A DNA stretch of 64,000 bases, from the NCBI GenBank assembly GCA_041640595.1, contig JBEPZY010000003.1:212773-276772 (forward strand), written 5' to 3'. The notes beneath the pieces were generated by a model that ran no database searches, was not told the DNA's origin, and saw only the letters and a program-made list of their open reading frames with translations. The DNA is from Gemmatales bacterium. Its GTDB lineage: Bacteria; Planctomycetota; Planctomycetia; Gemmatales; HRBIN36. This document shows positions 39,539 to 49,438 of the stretch, piece by piece (within the stretch, counting starts at the first letter, position 1; each line of letters begins with the position of its first letter). The position numbers and the translations under genes were made by a program.

Positions 39539-42500
39539 CTAAGGAGCAGCGCCGCGGGATTTTTGCAGCTCCTGCCAGACGGCCAGCAAGTCTTTATGTT
39601 CCGGATCGTCCAGCAGTTGGCGGAAGCGCGGTTGCAGTTCTGGTTCCTGCCAGAAACTGGCCAGCAGTTCGGCAGTGCGACGCATGGCTAACTCACGCTG
39701 TTTCGGTTCCGGCAGGCGTTTCGCTTCCTGATATTTGCAGTAAACCAGGTTGTAGCAAGCGTCCAGGTAAACCCGTCGGATCATGCCACCTCGTTCCAGA
39801 TGTGGCTGCAAGGCCGTGCGTAATTGATCCCAGCGAGCAATAGCACCGCGCGGACCGCTGTAAAGCTCCTGCTCCTGCATGAGCAGAATCTGCAGGGCCA
39901 CGTATTGCGGATGTTTTTCGAGTTTGGCTTTTTTCATGCCTTCCAGCAGTATTTTGTCGGCTTCTAGCAGCAGGGCAGTGGCCTTGTCGGGCATGTTGGC
40001 TTTCTTGAGCGTCTGTGCTTGCAGTCGCATGCTGTCCACTTCCAGATACAGCGCCTGGCCATAAATCCGCGTTTGTTCTTCGGCGCTGGTCTCCGGAAGG
40101 TTGAAAGCCTGTTCACGGAGTCCGCGCGCCACCTGGGCTGCGGCTTCGTGTTCGCCGATGCTCTGGTAGCTGGTAACGATCCAGAAGCGAAACTCTGTGG
40201 GCAGTTTTTCGTCCTTGCTGAGGTCGTCGAGGAAGGCCTTGAAATTACGGCGTGTTTGTTCCAGTTCTTTAGCAGCCGCGGGACCCTGGCTTTCAAGCAA
40301 GCGGATTTGTTCGCGCAACTGTGTGCCCATTTCTCGCAAGATCGGCAACACCCCCTGGCCGAGTTCTTGTTGCTTTCCGGCACGATAAAGCTCTTGCAGC
40401 AGTTTCCTCGCCTCATCCATCCGCTTGAGTTGCACATAACTACGCAGAGCCAGCGTGATTACTCGTCCGGTGGTCCCCTGGGGTAAACTGGCGGGCAATT
40501 CGTTTTTGATAGCCCGCGGCAAAATGACCTGCAGATACTTGAGGGATTCGTCCGGTTTATTGATCAAAGCCAGGGCTTCGGCCAGGAAAACGAGTGCCTG
40601 GATGTAACGGGTTTCTTCGGGACTATTCGGAGTGGGTTTGCTCTTATCGTATGCTGCCAGAGCATCGCGTAAAAGTTTAATGGCCTTATCCAGATCGGGA
40701 GAGGGGGTGGACAGTGGTTTCCCCTCCTTGGTCATTAGCGTGGCGTGAAGACGAAACGCCAGTTCGCCAGCCTCGGCGCAAGCGGCGGCGTAGAAGGGTG
40801 AGTTAGGACTCACCGCCTCCCATTGCTTCAGGGCATCCCGATGGCGACCGTTTGCAAAGTAGATAAATCCGAGGCGAAATCTGGCCGTATCGGCTTCCGG
40901 TTCTTTCGGCCAACGCTCGACGATGAGTTCGGCCATGCGGCGCAAGCGCTGGGCATCGGCCACCAGAGCGGCTGGATTGTCGCGCTGGCGCTGAACCAGT
41001 TCACCGTACAAGGTCATGGCCGCCAGGGCAGCTCGGCGAGCGGTCGCCGGACTGAACCGCGGCTCCTGAGCGGCGTATTCGAGCAACACGGCGGCCCGGT
41101 AGAGATCACCTTGCCCCTGCAGGTAACCACTGACCAGGTACTGCAACAGGTTCTCCCGGTCGCTAACGCTGGCTTCTGCACCGGCGCGTTGCCAGGCGCG
41201 ACGCGCTGCTGTCAACAGATTCGTGAAGTGCTCCTGAACCTGCTGTTGCAATTTTTGCTTTTCTTCGGCAGATGCCTTTTCGATGGCTTGCAATTTTTCC
41301 TGGATTTCCTCAGCTTCGAGGCTGGCACGGAGCAGAAGTTCCTCGAAGGTGGTCAGTTCTTCTATGCGGCGTGCGGTTACCCGCCCGGAAAGGCGCAAGG
41401 TGTTGAACTTCACCCATCGGGCAACGTTGGCAAATTCCGGATTGCCTTCGATGTCTTTATCAAGCAGGCTCAGTACCTGGTCCACCATTTTCTGGCCCGT
41501 GGGGCTTTGCCGGACAGGGGGTTTCATCTCCTGCAGTTCATCGCGGATGGTCATGGCCAGAATGAGCCGCAAATGCTGCGCTTCTCGGGAGGAATAAACG
41601 GTTTTGAAGTCCGGGCTCTTGGGTGAAGCGAAAGAATTGAGCCAGGTGCGGATGTCGTTTTGCAGGGCCAGCCTTTCTTTGGCAGGCAAGCCAGGCGCAT
41701 AACGCCCGCGGATGCGGAAATAGCCGACGAGACGTTTGGCTTCGAAAGCTAACGGCTCTTTTACGGACTCAATGAGCTTGAAAGCGTTTTGCTGCTCGGT
41801 TTCGTTGAGGCCGGACTGACTCACGCCATACCACGCCCATCCGACCCAACCCAACGCATGCTCTTTACGGAAATCAAACATGGTCTTGAACAACTCCGCT
41901 GCCTGCTGGCGTGTCTTACCGGCGTCAGCCTCTTGCTTGAGGTAACGCTGCTGAAGGATAGATTTGGCCAGGAGCGCGCGACCGTGTTCCAGCAACGTTT
42001 GCAGATACATCTCGGTGCGGTTACGGGCGGTGCCGAGCTGAGTTTTCAACATTCCCTCCGCCTGGGTGAACATCTTGTCGGCCTGGTCGAAGATTTGCAC
42101 CGCATGTTTGGCCAGCTCAACCTGCGCGCTCTTATCAGCGGTGTAAGTAATTTCGCTTACTTTACCATGTCCTTCATCCGCCAGTAACGTGGCCAGTTGC
42201 CGATAGGCCTCGCCCAGTGCCGGGCTTTTGGATTTGGCCTTATCGTTGACAAACGCTTGATACATATTGCGTGCCTCGTCGAGCAACCGTCGGCGTTCGG
42301 AATCCTGTGTGGCCTGGGCAGCCTGTTGCCGTTTGGCCGATGCTTCCTCCATATACAACCAGTCGCGGACGTCTTCCGGTACGTCTTTGCGTTGCCGCAA
42401 CTGCGCGGAATACTCGTCGGCCAGGTCGTAAAATCCACGTTGTCGGAGACCGCGAATGAAATCCAGATAAGGTGGGGTGGCTGCCGGTTCCTGTGCCAAC

Positions 42501-42553
42501 GCAAATATCCCACCTATCAGCCACGCGATACCGACGAATGTGAGCGGTCGCAT
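39539..42553 (-). CDS. Large exported all-helical TPR-like protein
   Basis: About 1000 aa with a signal peptide; TPR-like motifs (WPKEPEADTARFRLG...SPFYAAA). Confidence 0.7.
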   Translation of the reverse strand: MRPLTFVGIAWLIGGIFALAQEPAATPPYLDFIRGLRQRGFYDLADEYSAQLRQRKDVPEDVRDWLYMEEASAKRQQAAQATQDSERRRLLDEARNMYQAFVNDKAKSKSPALGEAYRQLATLLADEGHGKVSEITYTADKSAQVELAKHAVQIFDQADKMFTQAEGMLKTQLGTARNRTEMYLQTLLEHGRALLAKSILQQRYLKQEADAGKTRQQAAELFKTMFDFRKEHALGWVGWAWYGVSQSGLNETEQQNAFKLIESVKEPLAFEAKRLVGYFRIRGRYAPGLPAKERLALQNDIRTWLNSFASPKSPDFKTVYSSREAQHLRLILAMTIRDELQEMKPPVRQSPTGQKMVDQVLSLLDKDIEGNPEFANVARWVKFNTLRLSGRVTARRIEELTTFEELLLRASLEAEEIQEKLQAIEKASAEEKQKLQQQVQEHFTNLLTAARRAWQRAGAEASVSDRENLLQYLVSGYLQGQGDLYRAAVLLEYAAQEPRFSPATARRAALAAMTLYGELVQRQRDNPAALVADAQRLRRMAELIVERWPKEPEADTARFRLGFIYFANGRHRDALKQWEAVSPNSPFYAAACAEAGELAFRLHATLMTKEGKPLSTPSPDLDKAIKLLRDALAAYDKSKPTPNSPEETRYIQALVFLAEALALINKPDESLKYLQVILPRAIKNELPASLPQGTTGRVITLALRSYVQLKRMDEARKLLQELYRAGKQQELGQGVLPILREMGTQLREQIRLLESQGPAAAKELEQTRRNFKAFLDDLSKDEKLPTEFRFWIVTSYQSIGEHEAAAQVARGLREQAFNLPETSAEEQTRIYGQALYLEVDSMRLQAQTLKKANMPDKATALLLEADKILLEGMKKAKLEKHPQYVALQILLMQEQELYSGPRGAIARWDQLRTALQPHLERGGMIRRVYLDACYNLVYCKYQEAKRLPEPKQRELAMRRTAELLASFWQEPELQPRFRQLLDDPEHKDLLAVWQELQKSRGAAP

Positions 42554-42695
42554 GATTGTCCTCACTCGCCCTTGCTCAGGATTGCTTGAAATGCCCGGTT
42601 GGCCGGACGGCTCTGGTAACTTCTGGGAGCAGAAGCCAGCCTTTCTTCCTTAGTATAAGGTTAAAGCAAGGCTCGCCAAAGTGGAGGGAAGACGC

Positions 42696-44018
42696 GTGAA
42701 GGTCTTAGTCGTCGGCAAGGGTGGTCGAGAACACGCCCTGTGCTGGAAGCTGCGACAATCGCCGCGAGTGCAGGCCGTTTACTGCGCCCCGGGCAACGCG
42801 GGCACAGCTCAGGATGCCATCAACATAGACATCGAACCCACCGACATCGAACGTCTGGTACGTTTCGCGCAGCAAGAGGGGATCGGCCTGACGGTGGTCG
42901 GCCCGGAAGAACCTCTGGCACTGGGCATTGTGGACGCCTTTGAAAAAGAGGGACTGCGCATCTTCGGCCCGACCAAGGCAGCTGCGGAGCTGGAAGCCAG
43001 CAAGGTCTTCGCCAAAGAGCTGATGCGGCAGTTCGACATTCCCACTGCCGATTTTCGCATTTTTGACCATCCTGACGCAGCCCGAAAGTACATCGAGACG
43101 CGCGACTATCCGGTCGTGGTCAAGGCTGACGGACTGGCCGGGGGCAAAGGGGCTGTCGTATGCAGCACCAGGGAAGAAGCGCTGGCGGCCGTGGATAAGA
43201 TCATGGTGCAGCAAGCCTTTGGTCCGGCCGGAAGGCGCATCGTCATCGAACGCCGGCTCGAAGGTCAAGAGCTGAGCGTCCTGGCTCTGGTCAGCGGTCG
43301 CACTATCGTTATGCTCGAACCCACGCAAGACCATAAAGCCGCCTTTGACGAAGACCGCGGTCCGAACACCGGAGGCATGGGAGCATACTGCCCGGCTCCG
43401 ATCGGCACACCGGAGCTGATGCGGGAAATCGAGCGCACTGTGCTGGTGCCGGCTGTGCATGGCATGCGACGATTGCACCGACCGTTTCGCGGCGTGCTTT
43501 ACGCCGGACTCATGATTACGCCGCAGGGACCGCGGGTTCTGGAATTCAACGTCCGCTTCGGCGATCCCGAGACCCAACCGTTGATGGTACGGCTGAAGAC
43601 CGACCTGTGTGCCTTGCTGGAGGCGGTCGTGGACGGTCAGCTGGAGACCTTCGCCGAGCAAGGCCTGGAATGGGACAGTCGCCCTGCCGTGTGTGTGGTG
43701 CTGGCCTCGGAAGGTTATCCGGGCCCGTATCAGAAAGGGCGAACTATCACCGGGTTAGACCGTGCGGCTCAACTGCCTGACGTCAAAGTTTTCCACAGCG
43801 GTACGAAATTTTCGGACGGGCGCATTGTCACCGACGGCGGACGGGTTTTGTCGGTTACTGCTTTAGGGGAAAACTTGCTGGAGGCTAAACGTCGGGCCTA
43901 CGAGGCGGTGAAGTGCATCGAATTTGCCGGCATGTTTTACCGTCGCGATATTGCTGACCGGGCTATTCGCCGTTTACGTCTCACTCAGCCAGGCAGTGAA
44001 ACCGTGAGCGGATCGTGA
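42696..44018 (+). CDS. purD: Phosphoribosylamine-glycine ligase
   Basis: GKGGREHAL, APGNAG, VVGPEEPL, KADGLAGGKG, GPNTGGMGAY, EFNVRFGDPE. Confidence 0.96.
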   Translation: MKVLVVGKGGREHALCWKLRQSPRVQAVYCAPGNAGTAQDAINIDIEPTDIERLVRFAQQEGIGLTVVGPEEPLALGIVDAFEKEGLRIFGPTKAAAELEASKVFAKELMRQFDIPTADFRIFDHPDAARKYIETRDYPVVVKADGLAGGKGAVVCSTREEALAAVDKIMVQQAFGPAGRRIVIERRLEGQELSVLALVSGRTIVMLEPTQDHKAAFDEDRGPNTGGMGAYCPAPIGTPELMREIERTVLVPAVHGMRRLHRPFRGVLYAGLMITPQGPRVLEFNVRFGDPETQPLMVRLKTDLCALLEAVVDGQLETFAEQGLEWDSRPAVCVVLASEGYPGPYQKGRTITGLDRAAQLPDVKVFHSGTKFSDGRIVTDGGRVLSVTALGENLLEAKRRAYEAVKCIEFAGMFYRRDIADRAIRRLRLTQPGSETVSGS

Positions 44019-44025
44019 AAGTGCT

Positions 44026-44574
44026 ATGATGGCGGTCAATTGCCAGAACGCAGCGGTGCAAAGGTGTGATGAGCCGCGTTTCGTTTGCGACGCCATGCTG
44101 GGCGGTTTGGCCCGCTGGCTGTGTGCCTGGGGATATGATGCGATTTTCCTTCGGGATGTTGCCGACTGGGACCTGATTCGCGTGGCTCAGCAACAAGGAC
44201 GGATTCTGTTGTCCAGTGATCGCGGCATCTTTCAGATTGGCTGGGTGAGGGACGGGGATTTACCGGCACTGTTCATTCCGCCCGGCATCCACCGGCAGCA
44301 ACAGCTCGAACTGGTCTGTCAGCATTTCCGGTTGCCTCGCCGTGAACCTCACTGCATGCGCTGCGGTGGTCAGTTGCACGAAGTTGCCAAACAAGATGTC
44401 TGGGAGCGAATTCCTCCGAAAACTCGCCTCTGGCTCGACCATTTCTATCAGTGCCAGCGCTGTGGTCAGCTATTCTGGGAAGGAACCCACTGGCAGCAGA
44501 TCGAACGCCATCTCGAATCGCTGCACGAGAAACTCGCCACCACTGAGTGCGTCACCAGGTCTTCCCAGCGCTAG
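44026..44574 (+). CDS. Mut7-C RNase domain protein (DUF82, PIN-like)
   Basis: FVCDAMLGGLARWL..GYD, LSSDR, CMRCGG, CQRCGQLFWEGTH. Confidence 0.88.
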   Translation: MMAVNCQNAAVQRCDEPRFVCDAMLGGLARWLCAWGYDAIFLRDVADWDLIRVAQQQGRILLSSDRGIFQIGWVRDGDLPALFIPPGIHRQQQLELVCQHFRLPRREPHCMRCGGQLHEVAKQDVWERIPPKTRLWLDHFYQCQRCGQLFWEGTHWQQIERHLESLHEKLATTECVTRSSQR

Positions 44575-44617
44575 CGCCAGTGTCTTGTCGAAAGGCGTTT
44601 ACAGCGAGTCAGTCGGC

Positions 44618-45994
44618 CTACTTATTTTCGCCAGGCTGCCCTTCAGGCTTTTCTTCCGGTTTTTCGTCGGACTTCTTTTCCTGTTGCGGTGGCGGGGTAA
44701 ACAGCAGCCGGTGGTACACCTGCACCTGGGCGCACTGCGGATCGCGATCGCGCAAGCAATGCAGATGGTTACTGGCATCCAGCAAGTACAACCGGTCAGT
44801 AAAGGAATTCGGAATGGCCAGCACATTGCCGTCCAGCCTGACCGCAGCCAGCACTCGACCATCGCGGCGGTTCAGAGCCAGCATCTGGCCCTGTCTGTCC
44901 ATCGCCAACACCATGCGGGGCGATGCACTGAGAAACTTGCGGGCCTCGAGTTGCTGCCACCGGATTTGTCCACTGTCCCGATCCAGACAGAATAACCCCC
45001 GCTGGTTGGTGGCGACGAATACTTCCTGTCCCAGCATTACCGGAGCGCTGTGGGCACTATCGCCAAGCACCCGCTGCCACGCCGGTGCCGGTTTGCCCTG
45101 CTGAAGAAGGAAGGCGTAAACCGCCCGGTCCTGGCAGGGCACGATCAACCAGGATTCCCAACTGGCCACTTTTTCGCCAGGGCGTTGTATCAGGCGAAAT
45201 GCCATGGGGGCACTTGCCCCGGCCGGCAACTGCCATTCTCCCGCAATCTGGTGCTGCAGCGACGAAACCACGCGGAGTTTCCCTTCCCGATTGACAAACA
45301 CCACATCCACGTGGTGAGCACAAACGGGCGGCATGGCGATCCCGGCCGGGTCGTCGAAATCCCATAGCCGTGCTGGTTCCCGCAAAGTCTGTCGGCGAAT
45401 CTCGTAACTGCTTACGCCGCCATCGTACACTGACCTTCCTGCCGGCTTGGTCTGGGCTGCTACTCCGGTCGTACCAGTGGCCAACAGCCGCTCAATGTCG
45501 GGCACAAATAAACACCGCATGCGTGTGGTTCCTTCGCAGACGGTCAGTTGCCAGTCATCGCAAGCCGGTGCGCTTTCCGGCAAATCACGCAGCTCCACGC
45601 GCCACAAAACCACGCCCGATTGCCGTTCCAAACCGATCAGACTCAAATCAGCTGGCACAATCACCAGCCGGGTCGCGGCAATAGCAGGCCGCTGATAAGT
45701 CTGATACGGTTTGCCCACACTGGCTCGCCATTTCACCAGGCCCGTCTGGGCGTCCACCGCGAGCATAACCGCAGATCGCATCTGCACCAGGAGCAAATCG
45801 CTGTCGAGTAACTGGGCTGCCAGCACGCTGTCTCGCGGATCCGGTCGAGACAGGGGCAACGACCAGACTGGCTGCAAGCCGAGTCGGGCAGCCCATGCGG
45901 TTACGTCCTGCCGCGGTGTCTGCCCTGCGCTCAGCGCCACCAGACTCCACGCCACGCACACAAAACACGCCGTACGCCAAACTTTTCCCCGCAT
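44618..45994 (-). CDS. Exported PQQ-like beta-propeller protein
   Basis: Signal peptide; repeats AVDAQTGLVKW, LERQSGVVLW, CLDRDSGQIRW, LNRRDGRV. Confidence 0.75.
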   Translation of the reverse strand: MRGKVWRTACFVCVAWSLVALSAGQTPRQDVTAWAARLGLQPVWSLPLSRPDPRDSVLAAQLLDSDLLLVQMRSAVMLAVDAQTGLVKWRASVGKPYQTYQRPAIAATRLVIVPADLSLIGLERQSGVVLWRVELRDLPESAPACDDWQLTVCEGTTRMRCLFVPDIERLLATGTTGVAAQTKPAGRSVYDGGVSSYEIRRQTLREPARLWDFDDPAGIAMPPVCAHHVDVVFVNREGKLRVVSSLQHQIAGEWQLPAGASAPMAFRLIQRPGEKVASWESWLIVPCQDRAVYAFLLQQGKPAPAWQRVLGDSAHSAPVMLGQEVFVATNQRGLFCLDRDSGQIRWQQLEARKFLSASPRMVLAMDRQGQMLALNRRDGRVLAAVRLDGNVLAIPNSFTDRLYLLDASNHLHCLRDRDPQCAQVQVYHRLLFTPPPQQEKKSDEKPEEKPEGQPGENK

Positions 45995-46145
45995 GGTTTT
46001 GTCCCTTTCTGGCTGCCTGCGCTGACGATAGCGGCTGGTTCCTCAAGGCCGACTTCTCAGTATCCGCATCTATCCAGAAATTCGCCAGTGGCTGCATGCG
46101 ACCGCTTGTCCGGATAGGAGCCCCGACCAATCGGCCGCTGCTATG

Positions 46146-46688
46146 CTAGGATAGCTTCTGCTCCGGCTCGGTGCGTGAGGATCGGCGACGTTGTCGGAAA
46201 AAGTCGCGGAGCAATTCTTGACATTCCGCTTCCCGCACCCCGCCGACTACCATGGCGCGATGATTGAGCCGCGGGTCTTGCGGGATGGAATAGAGCGACT
46301 GGCAAGCGCCGGCCTTGCTATCGAAGGCTCCGAAGACCACCAGCGGCAATCGCGCCTGCACGATGGCTCCCGCACACATCGGGCAAGGTTCCAGCGTTAC
46401 ATACAGCGCACACCCTTCTAAGCGCCAGCTCTGCAAGGCCGAGGCTGCCTGCGTGATGGCCAGCATCTCGGCGTGCGCGGTTGGGTCCTGCAATTGTTCC
46501 CGTTGATTGTGAGCCCGGGCAATTACTCCCTTTTCCCAGGATACGATAACTGCCCCGACCGGTACCTCATCTTCCGCATAAGCCGCTCGCGCTTCCTCGA
46601 GCGCAATCTCCATTAGCAGCGCATGCAACGGGTGCCTGGCATCGCTGAGTGTTTTCAAGTCGGGTATCTGGTCTATCAGCGGAAACAT
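46146..46688 (-). CDS. tadA: tRNA adenosine(34) deaminase
   Basis: [32 protein letters not shown]; start uncertain. Confidence 0.92.
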   Translation of the reverse strand: MFPLIDQIPDLKTLSDARHPLHALLMEIALEEARAAYAEDEVPVGAVIVSWEKGVIARAHNQREQLQDPTAHAEMLAITQAASALQSWRLEGCALYVTLEPCPMCAGAIVQARLPLVVFGAFDSKAGACQSLYSIPQDPRLNHRAMVVGGVREAECQELLRDFFRQRRRSSRTEPEQKLS

Positions 46689-46857
46689 AATGCTTAGCTC
46701 TTGCACGTGCTACTTAGACCTTTTCAAGATATGCACGGTGCCATTGGCCGCACACGGTTCATCTGAAGTATAGGCCTTGCTTTTTGTATAGTACAGGCCG
46801 GCCCTGTCGCCGAATTATTTTCCGCGGTGTCGCTTCTAATGGTTGCCAGCGCCTCCG

Positions 46858-48441
46858 TCATTGTAACTGAATGCGCGGGAAAAGCGGTGCCAGTTTTCCA
46901 TCCGCTCCCGGACGCACCAGGACACGTAAATCTTCTGTAGGTCGCGGATAAACGTAACAATCTTCGCAACGGACTTCCTGCCAGTCGCGGCCAAAATTGA
47001 AGCTGCGATAAATGCGTTCCGCTGTTCGGGGCAGGAACGGTTTGAGCAAGATCGCCACCACGCGCAGCGATTCCACCAGATCAAAAAGAACCCGACGTGC
47101 CGCCTCAACATCTTCCTTGACCAGTTTCCAGGGCTCCTTACGATCGGCATAACGGTTGGCCGGGTCTAATATATAGTGCCAGATGCGCTGCAACGCGAGT
47201 TGATACTCGCAGCGCTCGATATGCTCCTGCACTTGCTGTACCGTAGCTTCTAAGTCTTGTTCGGCGTAAATCTCACCTGGCTCCCATTCCCGCGAACCCG
47301 CCAGGTGTCCTTCGAAATGCCGCAAAATCAACGTGATTACGCGTGCATAGAGGTTGCCGAGATTATTAGCTAAATCCGCATTATAGACTTCCGCAAAACG
47401 CGACCAGCTAAATTCACCATCGCCAGGAAATGGACACTCGCGCAGGAAGTAGTATCGAAAAGCCTCGCTGCTGAACTTAGTGATAATTTCCATTGGCTCG
47501 ACAACATTACCCAGGCTCTTACTGATTTTCTCGACGGCTCCGGTTTGCTCGTTCTTGATATAAACCCAGCCGTGGGCGAAAACCTGTCGTGGTAACGGTA
47601 GGCCGGCGGCTAAAAGCATGGCGGGCCATAAAGCGCAGTGGAAGCGAGTAATGTCCTTGCCGATGAAATGGATATCGGCTGGCCACCAGGTGCGAAATCG
47701 CTCTTCGTCCCAACCATAACCGATCGCTGTTATATAGTTGAGCAGGGCGTCAAACCATACGTAAATGGTGAAGCGATTATCAAAGGGTACCCGAATTCCC
47801 CATTCCTGGCCAATGCGGGTAATGTTAACATCCTGCAGACCGCTACGTACTAAACTCACGACCTCATTACGTCTTGATTCCGGCTGAATAAATTCAGGAT
47901 GCGCTTCGTAATAATCCAGTAATGCCGATTGAAAGCGGGATAAAGCGAAATAGTAGCACGGTTCGCTCCGTTCCACCGGAGGGACACGGTGAATGGGACA
48001 AACGCCCCCAGCCTCTTTGATTTCCGTCTCCGTTTTGAAGGACTCGCATCCTTCGCAATACCAGCCGCGATAACTTCCGGAGTAAATGTAACCGCGGTCG
48101 TAAACCAGTTGCATAAACTTCTGGCATCCCGCATGGTGGCGCGGATCGCTGGTCTGGATAAAGTAGTCGTAACTGATGTCGAGAGCCCGCCAGACCTCCT
48201 GAAACTGTTGCGCCATTTCGTCGCAATAGCGTTTGGTATCCAGACCGAGTTCGGCAGCCCGACGGGCGACCTTGATGGTGTTTTCGTCGTTGCCCATCAG
48301 GAAGAAAACATCGTAGCCTTCCATGCGGCGATAGCGGGCCTGAACATCCGCACCGATTTTTTCAAAAGCGGTGCCGATATGGGGCCGGCTGTTCGGATAA
48401 TCAATTGCCGTCGTCAGGTAGAAGCGGTTCCGAGCATTCAT
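46858..48441 (-). CDS. metG: Methionyl-tRNA synthetase (short form)
   Basis: FYLTTAIDYPN, HIGT, YVWFDALLNY, IGKDITRFH, KISKSLGN, NADLANNLGNL. Confidence 0.92.
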   Translation of the reverse strand: MNARNRFYLTTAIDYPNSRPHIGTAFEKIGADVQARYRRMEGYDVFFLMGNDENTIKVARRAAELGLDTKRYCDEMAQQFQEVWRALDISYDYFIQTSDPRHHAGCQKFMQLVYDRGYIYSGSYRGWYCEGCESFKTETEIKEAGGVCPIHRVPPVERSEPCYYFALSRFQSALLDYYEAHPEFIQPESRRNEVVSLVRSGLQDVNITRIGQEWGIRVPFDNRFTIYVWFDALLNYITAIGYGWDEERFRTWWPADIHFIGKDITRFHCALWPAMLLAAGLPLPRQVFAHGWVYIKNEQTGAVEKISKSLGNVVEPMEIITKFSSEAFRYYFLRECPFPGDGEFSWSRFAEVYNADLANNLGNLYARVITLILRHFEGHLAGSREWEPGEIYAEQDLEATVQQVQEHIERCEYQLALQRIWHYILDPANRYADRKEPWKLVKEDVEAARRVLFDLVESLRVVAILLKPFLPRTAERIYRSFNFGRDWQEVRCEDCYVYPRPTEDLRVLVRPGADGKLAPLFPRIQLQ

Positions 48442-48531
48442 AGACTTCCTCTAAATCAGGTGGCCTGGAGAAATGGATTCCGTTCTTAGCTAAGCTATCC
48501 ACAATTCCATCAGCAGGCGAGGGATGGATGC

Positions 48532-48990
48532 ATGATTCAGGCAAGCGGTGAGCAGCAGCTTCCGACCAGCGCTGAGATTGTACGGGAACGGTTGAGGCAA
48601 ATGCACTGGTTGGTTTCGCAGATGCCGAATCTCGCTCGCGTGGAACTGGTGGCGGAAGAGCGGGCTCGCTTTGTGGTACGGCCAGGATTTTCCTTCTTGC
48701 GCGGCGAAATGACCGTGCAGTTGGAGCGGCTCGCTGAACCGGATGGTTTGGCTTGGAGAATGGAAGTGCGAGGCATCGGTTCCTCAGCCAAAGCCACGGT
48801 GCGGTGCAGCATCGTAAAGACCGGCCCGGACTCCTGCCGTCTGGAGTACCAGGTTGTCATCGAAGAGCTTGGCGGTTTATTGCGAACCCTGCACCGTTCC
48901 TTATTGCAAGCTGCCGTCGAAAAAACCGTGCAGGATTTCCTTGCTAATTTGCAGCGCAGTTTCGCTCCTTCCGCCGACTCAGGCAATTAG
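48532..48990 (+). CDS. CoxG/SRPBCC-family protein
   Basis: 152 aa with START-like strand pattern and C-terminal helix GGLLRTLHRSLLQAAVEKTVQDF. Confidence 0.65.
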   Translation: MIQASGEQQLPTSAEIVRERLRQMHWLVSQMPNLARVELVAEERARFVVRPGFSFLRGEMTVQLERLAEPDGLAWRMEVRGIGSSAKATVRCSIVKTGPDSCRLEYQVVIEELGGLLRTLHRSLLQAAVEKTVQDFLANLQRSFAPSADSGN

Positions 48991-49438
48991 GGGCGTCTAT
49001 GTGCTGGAAAGCGCAGACCCGACGGTCCGGCCGCGACTCAGACAATTATCGAAGCGAAAACAGATGTTAGGGGCGCCGCAAGACTGTCGGCAACGGCTTT
49101 CTATTGGCACTGGTGAGTGCCAGGCGAATCGAAGCGTGGACTGATCCAATTTCCTGTAAAGTACGCGGCTTTTACGTGGATAGAGCGAACGGAATGGATG
49201 CAAGCCGCAGGGGCACGCTCACACAAGGAAGCAATGTGCCCAGCCTCCTGCCACCGCGACAACATCTATCGTCGCGCCAACGCCTGGAACCTGGCACCGT
49301 CGCGGCGAGACCGATAGGTCGCATCAACACCTCGCCCGGGCGCCGGGTTGCTGGGCACTGCTACACGGACGAACAGGGGGAATGAACGGTTTGGGGGAGT
49401 GAGTTCGCAACAGTTGACCGTCGAAACTCGACGATGTG

